NCBI GenBank assembly: GCA_034667725.1
Contig: JAXDQS010000010.1
Span: 384,001-448,000, forward strand
Direction: 5' to 3'
DNA length: 64,000 nt
From: Thermoplasmata archaeon
GTDB taxonomy: Archaea; Thermoplasmatota; E2; JACPAO01; JAHFTW01
Within the stretch, counting starts at the first letter, position 1. Each line of letters opens with the position of its first letter. The notes under the pieces are model-generated. The model worked only from the letters and a program-made list of their open reading frames with translations, was not told the origin of the DNA and searched no databases. Below, one piece after another: positions 29,753-39,281 of the stretch. The position numbers and the translations under genes were made by a program.

Positions 29753-31064
29753 GGCCAACACCGTTCCAGCCCCACCAGACGCTCTGGGTATTGTAGGTGC
29801 ATTTGCCGCACGCGTCCATCCAACTGTCGATGGTGACCCGGGAATCGAAGACGATTTCGAAGGAGCCTTTCCCACCGTAATCCCAGGTCAATGCACCCGC
29901 AAGGACCCGCTCCTCGGTGAAGCCGGACCCCGTGGTGATGACGCCGCGTCCGGGCGCGCCACCCGGTAGCGTGCCGGTCAGCCTCCGGTCTGCATCGACG
30001 CAAGCCTCGCCGATGGTCGCGGCGAGCTTGAACACGGAATACGAACCCCCGATGAGGGGAATCATGCCTGCCACAAAGTCGTAGATGGCAAGGGACGGGT
30101 GGCCACAGGTCGAGAAATACTTGAAGTCCGACGAATCCGCGTCACTGAAGACGGGCATGACGGCAGGGCTCGGCTCTGCCATCGCGAGCTCGACGTTCCG
30201 CAGGAACAGGGTAGAGCCGTAGTGGGAGGAGCTCGATGAGTCCCAAGGCATGTAGTGCCACCCTTTGGCGCGAATGGCATAGTAGGTCGGCTGGCGGCCC
30301 AACCCGTAGATGTCGGACTTGCCCGCGATGGAGAAGGCCATCTTCGCTTCGGATTGCCGGTAGATGTCGAAGCAGGTGTTCTCGTAGTCGTAGGCCATCT
30401 GGCTCTCGGCTGCAGCCAGCCCCGACTCCGAAGTGTTGAGGGTGTTTCCGTAGTTTTGCGCGAAGGCGCGCTTCCAGGAGATGTGGGGGGTCGTGTCGGG
30501 CGTGCTGCCGACGCAGGAGCCGTGCGAGCGTTGCTGGGGCTCGACCTTGGTGCCGCCAATCCGAAGACCGCACTCCGCCGTCAAGTCCGAAGTGTAAAGG
30601 GCGCCCACCGCCGAAAGCGTCACGGTCAACCCAGCGTACGCCTCCACCCGATAGTCGTTCTGGGGGAGGATCGGCAGCCGAATCTCGGCCAAGCTTGGCT
30701 GCGCGATTCCCATGCCGGCCGGGTCATGCGCGGGCTGGACAGGGACGGCTCCAATCATGCCGGCGGCTCCGTTGTTGAAGACACGCAGGTAGGTCGTGGA
30801 TGCCGGAAGGTCGACGAAATAGAGATACATCCAGCCAAAGTCTTGGGTCAGTGGGACGCAAGGCGCGGCAACCAAGACTAGTTGCGTCCCTGGGCTCGGA
30901 CCACGAAGGGTCGCGATGCCCCAAGTCCGCGGAGGCGCCACCCCCACCCGCAGCTTGCTGAGCGTCTCAGGATCGCCACTCGGCAAAGGAACCGTGATGG
31001 TCTGCGCCGAGGCGGTCACGGGAGCCAAAATCAAGGTGACCACCAGGAGTGTGACAAGGCGCAC
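29733..31064 (-). CDS. Secreted protein of unknown function with internal hydrophobic hairpin
   Basis: MRLVTLLVVTLILAPVTASA signal; AIYDFVAGMIPLIGGSYSVFKLAATIG segment. Confidence 0.7.
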   Translation of the reverse strand: MRLVTLLVVTLILAPVTASAQTITVPLPSGDPETLSKLRVGVAPPRTWGIATLRGPSPGTQLVLVAAPCVPLTQDFGWMYLYFVDLPASTTYLRVFNNGAAGMIGAVPVQPAHDPAGMGIAQPSLAEIRLPILPQNDYRVEAYAGLTVTLSAVGALYTSDLTAECGLRIGGTKVEPQQRSHGSCVGSTPDTTPHISWKRAFAQNYGNTLNTSESGLAAAESQMAYDYENTCFDIYRQSEAKMAFSIAGKSDIYGLGRQPTYYAIRAKGWHYMPWDSSSSSHYGSTLFLRNVELAMAEPSPAVMPVFSDADSSDFKYFSTCGHPSLAIYDFVAGMIPLIGGSYSVFKLAATIGEACVDADRRLTGTLPGGAPGRGVITTGSGFTEERVLAGALTWDYGGKGSFEIVFDSRVTIDSWMDACGKCTYNTQSVWWGWNGVGHVGEIH

Positions 31065-31139
31065 ACGCGTTCGACAAACGTCGACTATAAGAAATTTGGC
31101 TATCTTCCCGCGGCGGTTTTTGCTAAATTTTCGTGCGCC

Positions 31140-32804
31140 TCAGGGCTCCGGCACCCCGAACTTCCCCGCCAGCCGCGAGCCCTTCGGCCACCCGCCGGAC
31201 TGGGCAGGGTCCTCGATCCCGGGCCGGATCGAGCCCGTGGGGCACACGTCGAAGCAGGCGCCGTCGGCGATGCACAAGTCGCGGTCGACGCGCGCCATGT
31301 CGGTGACGATGGCGGCGTCGGTCGGGCACGCCGCCTGGCAGCCGTTGCACACGATGCAGTCGGCCGCGAGCACCCAGGCCTTCTTCGTCTCCGGGACCTT
31401 CGCCGCGAACGCCTTCACGGCCTGCACGTCCTTCGGGTTGCCCGTGAACTTGCCGCCGACCTCCTCGGGCGCGATCGCCTTCGCGCCGGGCTGGGTGGCG
31501 GGCGTCGGCGGCGCCTGCGTCGCGGCGGGCGCCTTGGTCTCCTTGACGGTGACCACCGGCGCCGCGGGGGCGGGCGCGGCCGGCGTCGGCATCGGGGTCG
31601 GCGCGGGCGGGCCCTGCACCGGCACGGCCGGCTTCGCGACGGCCGGCGCCGGCGCCGCGGCCTTGGCGCCCGACTTGGCGGCGCGCTCCGCGGCCGCCTG
31701 CCGGTCGGCGTCCAAGGTGTCCTTGGTCGGGACCATCCACTTGGCGCCCTTCAGGCTGCGCGCCTTGGCTTCGCGGATGAGGGCGTCGACGTGGCCCTTC
31801 CAGTCGCCGACGATGCCGAGGTCAGCGTAGCTGAAGATGGGCGCGTTCGGGTCGGAGTTGATGGCGAGGATGGTGCCCGATTCCTTCATGCCCTCGATGT
31901 GCTGGATGGCGCCGCTGATGCCCACCGCGATGTACAGCTTGGGGCGGACGCTGACGCCGGTCTGGCCGACTTGGCGGCTGCGCTCGATCCAGCCCTTGTC
32001 GCAGGCGGCGCGGGTCGCGGCCACTTGGCCGCCGAGCGCGTCCGCGAGCTCTTGCAACTTGGCGAAGCCCTCGGGGCCGCCGACGCCGATGCCGCCGGCC
32101 ACCAGAATCTCCTCCTTGGTGATGTCGAAGCCTTGGTCGAGCACGTAGTCCAGGAGCTCGGCGTGGTAGGTCTTGCCACTGAGCCAGGAGACGTCGACCG
32201 TCTCGACCTTGCCCTTGCGGGACGGCTCAGGGTTGAGCGGCTTGAAGATGCCGGGACGCGCTGTTGCCATCTGGGGGCGGTGGCGGTCGCAGCGGATGGT
32301 GGCCAGCATCTTGCCCCCGAAGGCGGGGCGGCGCGCGAGCAGCTCGCCGTTCACGACGTCGACGTCCAGCTCGGTGCAGTCGGCCGTCATGCCCGCGTCC
32401 AAGGTGGCGGCGACCCGGCTGGAGATGTCGCGGCCGGTGTGGGTGGCGCCGATGAGGACGATGTTGGGCTTGCGCTCCTCGATGAGCTTGTTGATGACGT
32501 CGGTGCTGGGGCGGGCCAACGGTGTCCGAAGAACCGGATGCTCGGCGACCAGGACCGCGTCGGCGCCGCACGCCACCAGTTCCTTGCCGAGGGACTCGAC
32601 GCCCGAGCCGAGCAGGACGGCGGTGACCTTGTGGCCCAGCTTGTCCGCCATCGGGCGGGCGGCGCCCAGCAGTTCGCGCGTGACGTCGCGCAGCTTGCCG
32701 TCGCGGTGCTCCACCACGACCCAGACGCCCTTCCAGTCGGCGAAGGAGCCGGCGGGCTTGCAGGCGCGGAACGTCACCGCGTCGTAGCGGCCGGCCTGCC
32801 TCAT
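31140..32804 (-). CDS. etfA: Electron transfer flavoprotein alpha (FixB) with C-terminal dicluster ferredoxin
   Basis: TADCTEL, RPAFGG, RPQMATARPG, QVGQTG, GISGAIQH; Pro/Ala linker; CIVCNGCQAACP and CIADGACFDVCP. Confidence 0.93.
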   Translation of the reverse strand: MRQAGRYDAVTFRACKPAGSFADWKGVWVVVEHRDGKLRDVTRELLGAARPMADKLGHKVTAVLLGSGVESLGKELVACGADAVLVAEHPVLRTPLARPSTDVINKLIEERKPNIVLIGATHTGRDISSRVAATLDAGMTADCTELDVDVVNGELLARRPAFGGKMLATIRCDRHRPQMATARPGIFKPLNPEPSRKGKVETVDVSWLSGKTYHAELLDYVLDQGFDITKEEILVAGGIGVGGPEGFAKLQELADALGGQVAATRAACDKGWIERSRQVGQTGVSVRPKLYIAVGISGAIQHIEGMKESGTILAINSDPNAPIFSYADLGIVGDWKGHVDALIREAKARSLKGAKWMVPTKDTLDADRQAAAERAAKSGAKAAAPAPAVAKPAVPVQGPPAPTPMPTPAAPAPAAPVVTVKETKAPAATQAPPTPATQPGAKAIAPEEVGGKFTGNPKDVQAVKAFAAKVPETKKAWVLAADCIVCNGCQAACPTDAAIVTDMARVDRDLCIADGACFDVCPTGSIRPGIEDPAQSGGWPKGSRLAGKFGVPEP

Positions 32805-33691
32805 GCGACGGCCCCCTTCGCGAACAGGGCGTCCACGGCGGCCTTGGCGTCGGGCAGCTTCTCGACGTGCCGGTCGAAGCCGGAGGAGATGTCGACCTTG
32901 CCGACGATGGTCGGGCTGCCCTTCAGGCCCACCCACGACGGGTCCTTGATGTCGGCGAGGTCCGCGAGCGACCAGACCACGAGCTGGGCCGACTGGCCGC
33001 GCAGCTTGCCGTTCAGGTTCGCGATGCGCGGCCGGTTGATCTTGAGCTCGCACGTCGCCGCCACGGGGAGCGGCATCCGCAACACCTCATGGCCGCCGCC
33101 GATGCTGCGCGTCGCCGTGACCAGCTCGGTCGCGGGGTCGAACTCCAGGCTGTGGATGTAAGTCGCCTGCTCCGTGCCCAGCTGCCCGGCGACACCGGGG
33201 CCGACCTGGCCCGTGGAGGCGTCCGTCGTCTCCTCGCCGAACAGGATGACGTCCACGTCGCCCCACTGCTTGCTGATCTTCTTGATGCCGGCCGCCAGCG
33301 TCATCGACGTCGGCCAGGTGTCGGCGCCCGCGAAGGCACGGTCGGTGATGAGGACGCCACGGTCGGCGCCGCGCGCCACGCACTCCCGCAGCATCACGTC
33401 GAAGAACGGCGGCCCCATCGTGACCACCGACACCTGCGCCCCGAAGCGGTCCTTGAACTGGAGCGCCAACTCGAACGCGTTCTCGTCGGGCGGGTTGATG
33501 ATGTTCTTGACCTTGGAGCGGTCGAGCGTCTTCTTCACCGGGTCGATGGTGAGGTCGGTCGCGTCCGGCGTCATCTTCATGCAGACCGCGACATGCAACG
33601 GCCGGTTGAGCCCCTTGAGGAGGTAGGGCTTGCCGGGGCCCCAGGCGGACAGGGCAGGGTCGGCGGGCGCTGCGGGAGCGTGGGAGGCCAT
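32801..33691 (-). CDS. etfB: Electron transfer flavoprotein beta (FixA)
   Basis: INPPDENAFELA, TMGPP, DRAFAGADT, TGQVGP, GLKGSPT. Confidence 0.93.
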   Translation of the reverse strand: MASHAPAAPADPALSAWGPGKPYLLKGLNRPLHVAVCMKMTPDATDLTIDPVKKTLDRSKVKNIINPPDENAFELALQFKDRFGAQVSVVTMGPPFFDVMLRECVARGADRGVLITDRAFAGADTWPTSMTLAAGIKKISKQWGDVDVILFGEETTDASTGQVGPGVAGQLGTEQATYIHSLEFDPATELVTATRSIGGGHEVLRMPLPVAATCELKINRPRIANLNGKLRGQSAQLVVWSLADLADIKDPSWVGLKGSPTIVGKVDISSGFDRHVEKLPDAKAAVDALFAKGAVA

Positions 33692-34005
33692 GACGCACCG
33701 AAAGGGGCCTTGCCAGGGCTGGACTCCTGGAGTGTCCCTGGGGCGCGGGACTTGGGGTTCGGATAAAAGCGTGGCCCTGCGCGTCCCCAAAAAATGCGGG
33801 CCCGAAATGCCGGCTTGAGCCTGCCGCGCCCGCGAGCGCTCACCTGCGCAATGCCGGGGGCAAGCGGGACCTCGCTGTTGCTAAACCCGGGGCCGTTCAG
33901 CAGGTTCCTTGAAACGCCCCTCTTATGCATTTCCGTGGGCCATTCGTTTTTGCATACTCCGCCCATTGCGCAGGCCGCGGACGACGGACTGCAGGCCGGA
34001 GCCTG

Positions 34006-35472
34006 ATGGGCAACGCAACGTCCGCCGGGAGCGACGTGGCCCGGCGGGTTTCCAAGCCGCGCCCGCCCCGCGAAGCAGCGTCTTCGGACCGAAGGTTCCA
34101 GATGCTCCTTGAGGCAGCCCCGGACGCCATGGTCGTCGTGGATGCGCAGGGCTGCATCACGTTCAGCAACCAGCAGGCCGAGCACCTGTTCGGGTACGGG
34201 CGCAACGAGAGTCTCGGGCGCCAGGCGGAGATGCTGCTGCCAGAGTGGTTCGGGCCGCATCATCCTGGGCACTGGGCCTCGTTCCTTGCCCATCCCAAGA
34301 CCCGGGACGCGGGGGCCGGACTCGAATCGTATGCCCGGCGAAAGGACGGGCGCGAGTTCCCCGTGGAAATCTGCCTCAGCGCCCTGGAGACCGAGGACGG
34401 ACGGCTTGTGCTAGCGTCCATCCACGACATCACCGACCGCAAGAAAGCGGGGGATGCCGTCCGGGCGGCGGCCGTGGTCGAAGCCTCGTCCGACGCCATC
34501 ATCTCGATCTCCCTGGACGGCTGCATCACAAGCTGGAATCCCGCAGCGCAAGGGATGTTCGGGTACGCGGCGGAGGAAGCCATCGGGCGGTCCATCTCGA
34601 TGCTCCGCCCCGCCGCGGCAAAGGCCGGCCAGGAGGAGGCGGAGGAGTCGTTTCTCGCCAGGGTGGCGCGCGGCGAGGCGGTGCCGACGCGCGAGGCGCA
34701 ACGGGTCCGGAAGGATGGCACGGCGCTCTGGGTTTCCATCTCGGTCTCGCCGGTCCGGGACCCCCTGGGGCGGGTGGTTGGCGCCGCCAACATCAAGCGG
34801 GACGTGACCCAGCGGCACGACATCGAACTGCGCATCGAACGGTCGTTGCGGGAAAAGGAGGTCATGCTCCAGGAAATCCACCACCGCGTGAAAAACAACC
34901 TGCAGCTCGTGGCGAGCCTCCTGAACCTGCAGGCGGACTCGGTGGAGGGCGCGAAGGCGCGGCAACTGTTTGCCCACAGCCGGAACCGCGTGCGGGCCAT
35001 TGGCCTCGTGCATGAGAAGCTGTGCCGGAGCACGGACATGGCCGCCATCGATTTCCAGGCCTACGTGCAGGACCTGGTCGCCCAGTTGTCCGCCTTGCAC
35101 GCCACCGACGGCGGTGTCGCCATCACCGTGGACGTCGAGCCGCTTGAGGTCGGCATCGACTTTGCGGTCAGTTGCGGGCTCATCCTCAACGAGCTCGTCT
35201 CGAACAGCCTGAAGCACGCCTTTCCGCACGGCCGGAACGGCGGCATCCGCATCACCATCCGCCATGCCGGGCCGGACCAGGTCACGCTCGAGGTCGTGGA
35301 CGACGGGGTCGGAATGGCGCCCCCGGTGCGCCTCGCGTCTTCCACGGGGATGGGGTTCCGGCTCGTGGCCACCCTCACGGAGCAGCTTGAGGGCCACGCG
35401 GAGTTTGTGCCCGGGCCCGGGACCACGTTCCGCGCGACCCTGCGCACCCGCCGGCGGGCCCAACCGGCTTGA
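34006..35472 (+). CDS. Soluble PAS-PAS histidine kinase (HisKA_2 type)
   Basis: Two PAS domains, EIHHRVKNNLQ, NELVSNSLKHAF, DDGVG; start uncertain. Confidence 0.9.
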   Translation: MGNATSAGSDVARRVSKPRPPREAASSDRRFQMLLEAAPDAMVVVDAQGCITFSNQQAEHLFGYGRNESLGRQAEMLLPEWFGPHHPGHWASFLAHPKTRDAGAGLESYARRKDGREFPVEICLSALETEDGRLVLASIHDITDRKKAGDAVRAAAVVEASSDAIISISLDGCITSWNPAAQGMFGYAAEEAIGRSISMLRPAAAKAGQEEAEESFLARVARGEAVPTREAQRVRKDGTALWVSISVSPVRDPLGRVVGAANIKRDVTQRHDIELRIERSLREKEVMLQEIHHRVKNNLQLVASLLNLQADSVEGAKARQLFAHSRNRVRAIGLVHEKLCRSTDMAAIDFQAYVQDLVAQLSALHATDGGVAITVDVEPLEVGIDFAVSCGLILNELVSNSLKHAFPHGRNGGIRITIRHAGPDQVTLEVVDDGVGMAPPVRLASSTGMGFRLVATLTEQLEGHAEFVPGPGTTFRATLRTRRRAQPA

Positions 35473-35503
35473 CGGGGCCCAGCAAGGCAGCGTCGCGGCG
35501 TTC

Positions 35504-36010
35504 CTACGCGCCCGCCGCCGCCCGGTTCCCCAACTCTTGATCCAGCAACAGCAACGCGGCAGGGTCGTTCTGCGCCAGCCGGAACCGGTCCAGGATGTGC
35601 CGGATGGTGTCTTCCTCCTGCACCTGCTCCTGCACGAACCACTCCAGGAAGACCCGGAGCGCGACGTCGTTGGCGGCGGTGGCCTTCCCATGCAGCTCGT
35701 GGATCCGCAGCGTCGTCGATTCCTCCAGCGCCAACGCCGCCTGGAACGCCGCCAACCCACCGTTGTCGGCGGGCGGAGGAGCAGGAATCGCCTCCAGCCG
35801 GATGTGGCCGTGCCGGGCGTGGATGTGGTCCAAGAACTTCATGGCGTGGACGCGCTCCTCGTCGGACTGGATCTGCATCCAGTGGGCCATGCCGGACAGG
35901 CCGGCCTCCCGCAGCGCGGCGGACGAGGCGAGGTAGCGGTGGCTGGCGGCCAACTCCTCGGTGACGTGGTGGTTGAGGGCCTTCTCGAGGGTGGCGTCCA
36001 AGGCGGGCAT
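35504..36010 (-). CDS. ftnA: Non-heme ferritin
   Basis: EERVHAMK and FLEWFVQEQVQEE ferroxidase motifs. Confidence 0.92.
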   Translation of the reverse strand: MPALDATLEKALNHHVTEELAASHRYLASSAALREAGLSGMAHWMQIQSDEERVHAMKFLDHIHARHGHIRLEAIPAPPPADNGGLAAFQAALALEESTTLRIHELHGKATAANDVALRVFLEWFVQEQVQEEDTIRHILDRFRLAQNDPAALLLLDQELGNRAAAGA

Positions 36011-36054
36011 CGTCCGGCCGATCGGCGTCCTGACCAAAACATTGGCGGCGGCCG

Positions 36055-36975
36055 CTAGTCGGCGCCCCAGGAGTGCCGCAAGGTGTCGCAGGGGCATTCG
36101 GGCGACTCGAGCTGGACGGTGACGTGGCGGACGCCGAAGCCTTCGCCGATGCGGCGGTGGATGGCGTGCATGATGGGTTCCTGCGGCGGTCCTTGCTGGA
36201 CGACGACGTGGACGGTGAGCGACTCGTGGCCGGGGGCGTGCGACCAGAGGTGCAGGTCGTGGACGCCGGCGACGCCGGGGACCTCCAGGATGGCGGCGCG
36301 CACCTCGTCGGCCTCCAGGTGCTCCGGCGTGCCTTCCATGAGGATGTGCAGCGTCTGCCGGGTCAGGCGCCAGGTGTAGGCGAGGATCAGGACCGTCACC
36401 AGGACCGTCAGCAGCGGGTCGGCGACGGCCCAGCCGTACTGGTGGGCCAGGAAGCCGGCCAGGATGGCGGCGGCGCTGCCGAGGACGTCGCTCAGGATGT
36501 GCAGGTAGGCGGCGCGGACGTTCAGGTTCTTGCCGGCGGCCCCGCGCAGCGTCAATGCCAGGCCCACGTTGGCGAGCAGGGTCGCGACGCCCACGACGAG
36601 GATGACGCTGCCTTCGACGGGCGGCGGGTCGTGCAGGCGGAACGCGGCGAACACCAGGAACGCGACCGACACGCCCCAGAGCGCCACCGCCTGCACGAAC
36701 GCCATGAGCACCTCGCCGCGGTGGTGGCCGAAGGTCTTGCGGCCCGTCGGCGCCCGCAGGCTCCATTGGACCGCCAGCAACGCCAGCAGGACGCTCAGGA
36801 TGTCGGTGAGGTAATGCGCCGCGTCCGCGAGCAGGACCAGGGAGCCGGAGGCGATGCCGCCGGCGACCTCGGCCGCCAGCACCACGAGGCCGCCGCAGGC
36901 CACCAGGGCGAGGCGGCGCCGGTTGGCGACGGCTTGGGCCCGATGCGCCACGGCATGGTCGTGGTCGTGGCCCAT
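36055..36975 (-). CDS. czcD: Cation diffusion facilitator (Zn/Co/Cd efflux)
   Basis: SLVLLADAAHYLTD, NVRAAYLHILSD, VHDLHLW, HVTVQLE; His-rich N-terminus. Confidence 0.92.
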   Translation of the reverse strand: MGHDHDHAVAHRAQAVANRRRLALVACGGLVVLAAEVAGGIASGSLVLLADAAHYLTDILSVLLALLAVQWSLRAPTGRKTFGHHRGEVLMAFVQAVALWGVSVAFLVFAAFRLHDPPPVEGSVILVVGVATLLANVGLALTLRGAAGKNLNVRAAYLHILSDVLGSAAAILAGFLAHQYGWAVADPLLTVLVTVLILAYTWRLTRQTLHILMEGTPEHLEADEVRAAILEVPGVAGVHDLHLWSHAPGHESLTVHVVVQQGPPQEPIMHAIHRRIGEGFGVRHVTVQLESPECPCDTLRHSWGAD

Positions 36976-37032
36976 GGGCTCGGATGGGCGGGGCGGGGAT
37001 GAGGCTTTGCGGCCCGCCCCGTTCGGCCGGCC

Positions 37033-37494
37033 ATGGACCCGCCGCCGGACCTGCCGGAGGAGGCGCGGCTCTGGCTCGTCGCCCGCCAGAAGGAGCTGGA
37101 GCGCGACCACGCCGACAAGCTGCGGGAGCTGAAGGCGCAGCACCGGCGCCGGATGCAGGCGCTGGAGGAGGAGCGCGCCGACTGGCACGCGACCCGGCGG
37201 CAGCAGGCGCAGCAGCTCGCGGACAAGGCCGAGACGGTGCGGCGCCGCGTCGAGGTGCGCGAGCAGAAGGCCGAGGTCGCGGCCGCCGTCCACGACGAGC
37301 TGGCGGCGCGGCGCGGGCAGGTCCAGGCGTTCGAGACGGCGGAGCGCGAGTGGGCCCGGGAGCGGGCGCGGCTGGAGGCGGAGCGGGCGGCGACGCAGGC
37401 GCGGCTGCGCGCGGCCCGTCGCCAGGCCCTAGTGCTTGCGTCGCTGCTGGTGGTCGGCGCCGTGGCTTGGCTGGTCAGCCGTAGCGGTAGTTGA
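37033..37494 (+). CDS. Coiled-coil protein with C-terminal membrane anchor
   Basis: E/R/A heptads and terminal LVLASLLVVGAVAWLV. Confidence 0.65.
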   Translation: MDPPPDLPEEARLWLVARQKELERDHADKLRELKAQHRRRMQALEEERADWHATRRQQAQQLADKAETVRRRVEVREQKAEVAAAVHDELAARRGQVQAFETAEREWARERARLEAERAATQARLRAARRQALVLASLLVVGAVAWLVSRSGS

Positions 37495-37888
37495 CGCCGA
37501 AGCTGGCCCGCGGGTGGTGCCACTTGACGCTGCCCGGGGTGCAGACGATGTCGCAGGTGCCGCACTCGACGCAGTCCTCGTAGGTGAACTGCATCCGGCC
37601 ATCGACGAACTCGAAGCAGCGGGCCGGGCACGAGTTGACGCACATGGTGTGCGGGCAGGTCTCGCAGACCTCCGGGTCGACGGTGATGTGCTGGAACTCG
37701 TGGGCGTCGGTGACGAACTTGGTGGCGCCGAGGCGGGCCTTGACGTTGACGACGGGGAGCTTGCCGAGCTGGCTCGGGGGCAGCGGCACGGTGCGCGGCT
37801 TGGTGTCCGTGGTCGGGCCGGCGAGGGGCTCGGCGTGGCTGGGTGCTGGCGGGGTGCCGGGGGCGTGGGTGGCGTGCGCGGCGGTCAC
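37475..37888 (-). CDS. fixX: FixX-type ferredoxin
   Basis: CETC...CVNSCPARCF, CVECGTCDIVC, WHHPRASFGVNYRYG; GTGA overlap with fixC. Confidence 0.9.
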   Translation of the reverse strand: MTAAHATHAPGTPPAPSHAEPLAGPTTDTKPRTVPLPPSQLGKLPVVNVKARLGATKFVTDAHEFQHITVDPEVCETCPHTMCVNSCPARCFEFVDGRMQFTYEDCVECGTCDIVCTPGSVKWHHPRASFGVNYRYG

Positions 37889-39189
37889 ATGTTCACCCCG
37901 GCGTTGATGGCGTCGGACAGGACGTCGCGGCGGCTGATGCCGGCCTGCTTCATGCTCGCCAGGACGTGGTCCTTCATCTTCTGCTTCTGCCCCTCTGCGG
38001 AGAGCATGTTGCGGAAGACGCCGGCGAGGAAGTCGGGGTACTTCTGGAACAGGCGGGGGTTCCAGAGGAACTTGCCGACGTTCTTGAAGCGCTTGAAGTC
38101 GCCCATCACGCCGTCGGCCTCCAGGAGCTTGGCGTAGTGCGACAGGGTGACGCCCGAGTAGTCGCCCTTGCGGGTGGCGTGGACGACGGCGTCGGCGGCG
38201 CAGATGCCGGAGCGCACGGCGTAGTTCATGCCCTGGATCACGATGCCGTTGGAGAAGCAGAAGCCGGCCGCGTCGCCGGCCACCAGGACGCCGTCGGCGT
38301 GCAGCTCGGAGAGCGCCATGTAGCCGCCTTCGGGGACCAGGTGCGCGCCGTACTCCACCAGCTCGGCGCCTTTGACGAGGCTCTGGATGTACGGGTGCAT
38401 CCGGAACTGCTCCACCACGTCGTGCGTGGTCAGCTCGCCCTGGTGCTTCATGCTGGGCAGGTTGATCACGACGCCGAGCGACAGCGTGTCCTGGTTGGTG
38501 TAGAGGAAGCCGCCGGCGAGCACGCCGTCGGAGCGGCCGATGACGAACTCCGCCGCGACCCCGCCGTCGGGGCCGCAGCCGAAACGCTCCTCGAGGACGT
38601 TGCGGGGCAGCTTGAGGACCTCCTTGACGCCGAGGGCGTAGTGGTCCATGTCGAGCTTCTTGTCGCCGTGCCGCAGGTCGCCCTGCAGCGTCAGCCGCGA
38701 GTTGGCGCCGTCGGCGACGATGACGACGTCGGCGTAGGTGACCTCGCCGCCCTGGACGACGCCGCGCACGACGCCGTTCTCCTTGTGCAGGCCTTCGACG
38801 TTGACGCCCGTGACGACCGACACGCCGGCCTTCCTGGCCTGGTCGACGAGCCACTTGTCGGTCTTGCCGCGCAGCACCGCGTAGCCCACGGTCTGGGTCT
38901 TGAGGGCGGGGTCGAAGTAGTCGATCACGAAGGCGTGGCCGGCCTCGCCGAGGAAGCCGACCTTCTTGTCGGACACCGGGCGCTCCAGCGGCATGGTGGC
39001 CTTCCAGTCGGGGATGACCTTCGCGAGGTCGTTGCCCCACAGGATGCCGCCGCTGAGGTTCTTGGCGCCGCCCTCGTCGCCGCGCTCGACCAGCAGCACC
39101 TTGATGCCTTTCTGCGCGAGGCGGATGGCGGCAGCGCAGCCCGCGAACCCGCCGCCCACGACGATGCATTGGTACTGGGACTTCGACAC
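37885..39189 (-). CDS. fixC: FixC-type ETF:quinone oxidoreductase flavoprotein
   Basis: VVGGGFAG, GAKNLSGG, ADGANS, GGFLYTN, EYGAHLVPEGG, GDAAG. Confidence 0.92.
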   Translation of the reverse strand: MSKSQYQCIVVGGGFAGCAAAIRLAQKGIKVLLVERGDEGGAKNLSGGILWGNDLAKVIPDWKATMPLERPVSDKKVGFLGEAGHAFVIDYFDPALKTQTVGYAVLRGKTDKWLVDQARKAGVSVVTGVNVEGLHKENGVVRGVVQGGEVTYADVVIVADGANSRLTLQGDLRHGDKKLDMDHYALGVKEVLKLPRNVLEERFGCGPDGGVAAEFVIGRSDGVLAGGFLYTNQDTLSLGVVINLPSMKHQGELTTHDVVEQFRMHPYIQSLVKGAELVEYGAHLVPEGGYMALSELHADGVLVAGDAAGFCFSNGIVIQGMNYAVRSGICAADAVVHATRKGDYSGVTLSHYAKLLEADGVMGDFKRFKNVGKFLWNPRLFQKYPDFLAGVFRNMLSAEGQKQKMKDHVLASMKQAGISRRDVLSDAINAGVNM

Positions 39190-39281
39190 GGCCGGACCCT
39201 GGGCGCGGCGACACGGGCGCGGTTTATCAGCGCGACGGCGGACTGCTGCCGCCCCTGCTTGGTTCAAGTGGCCGAACCCCT

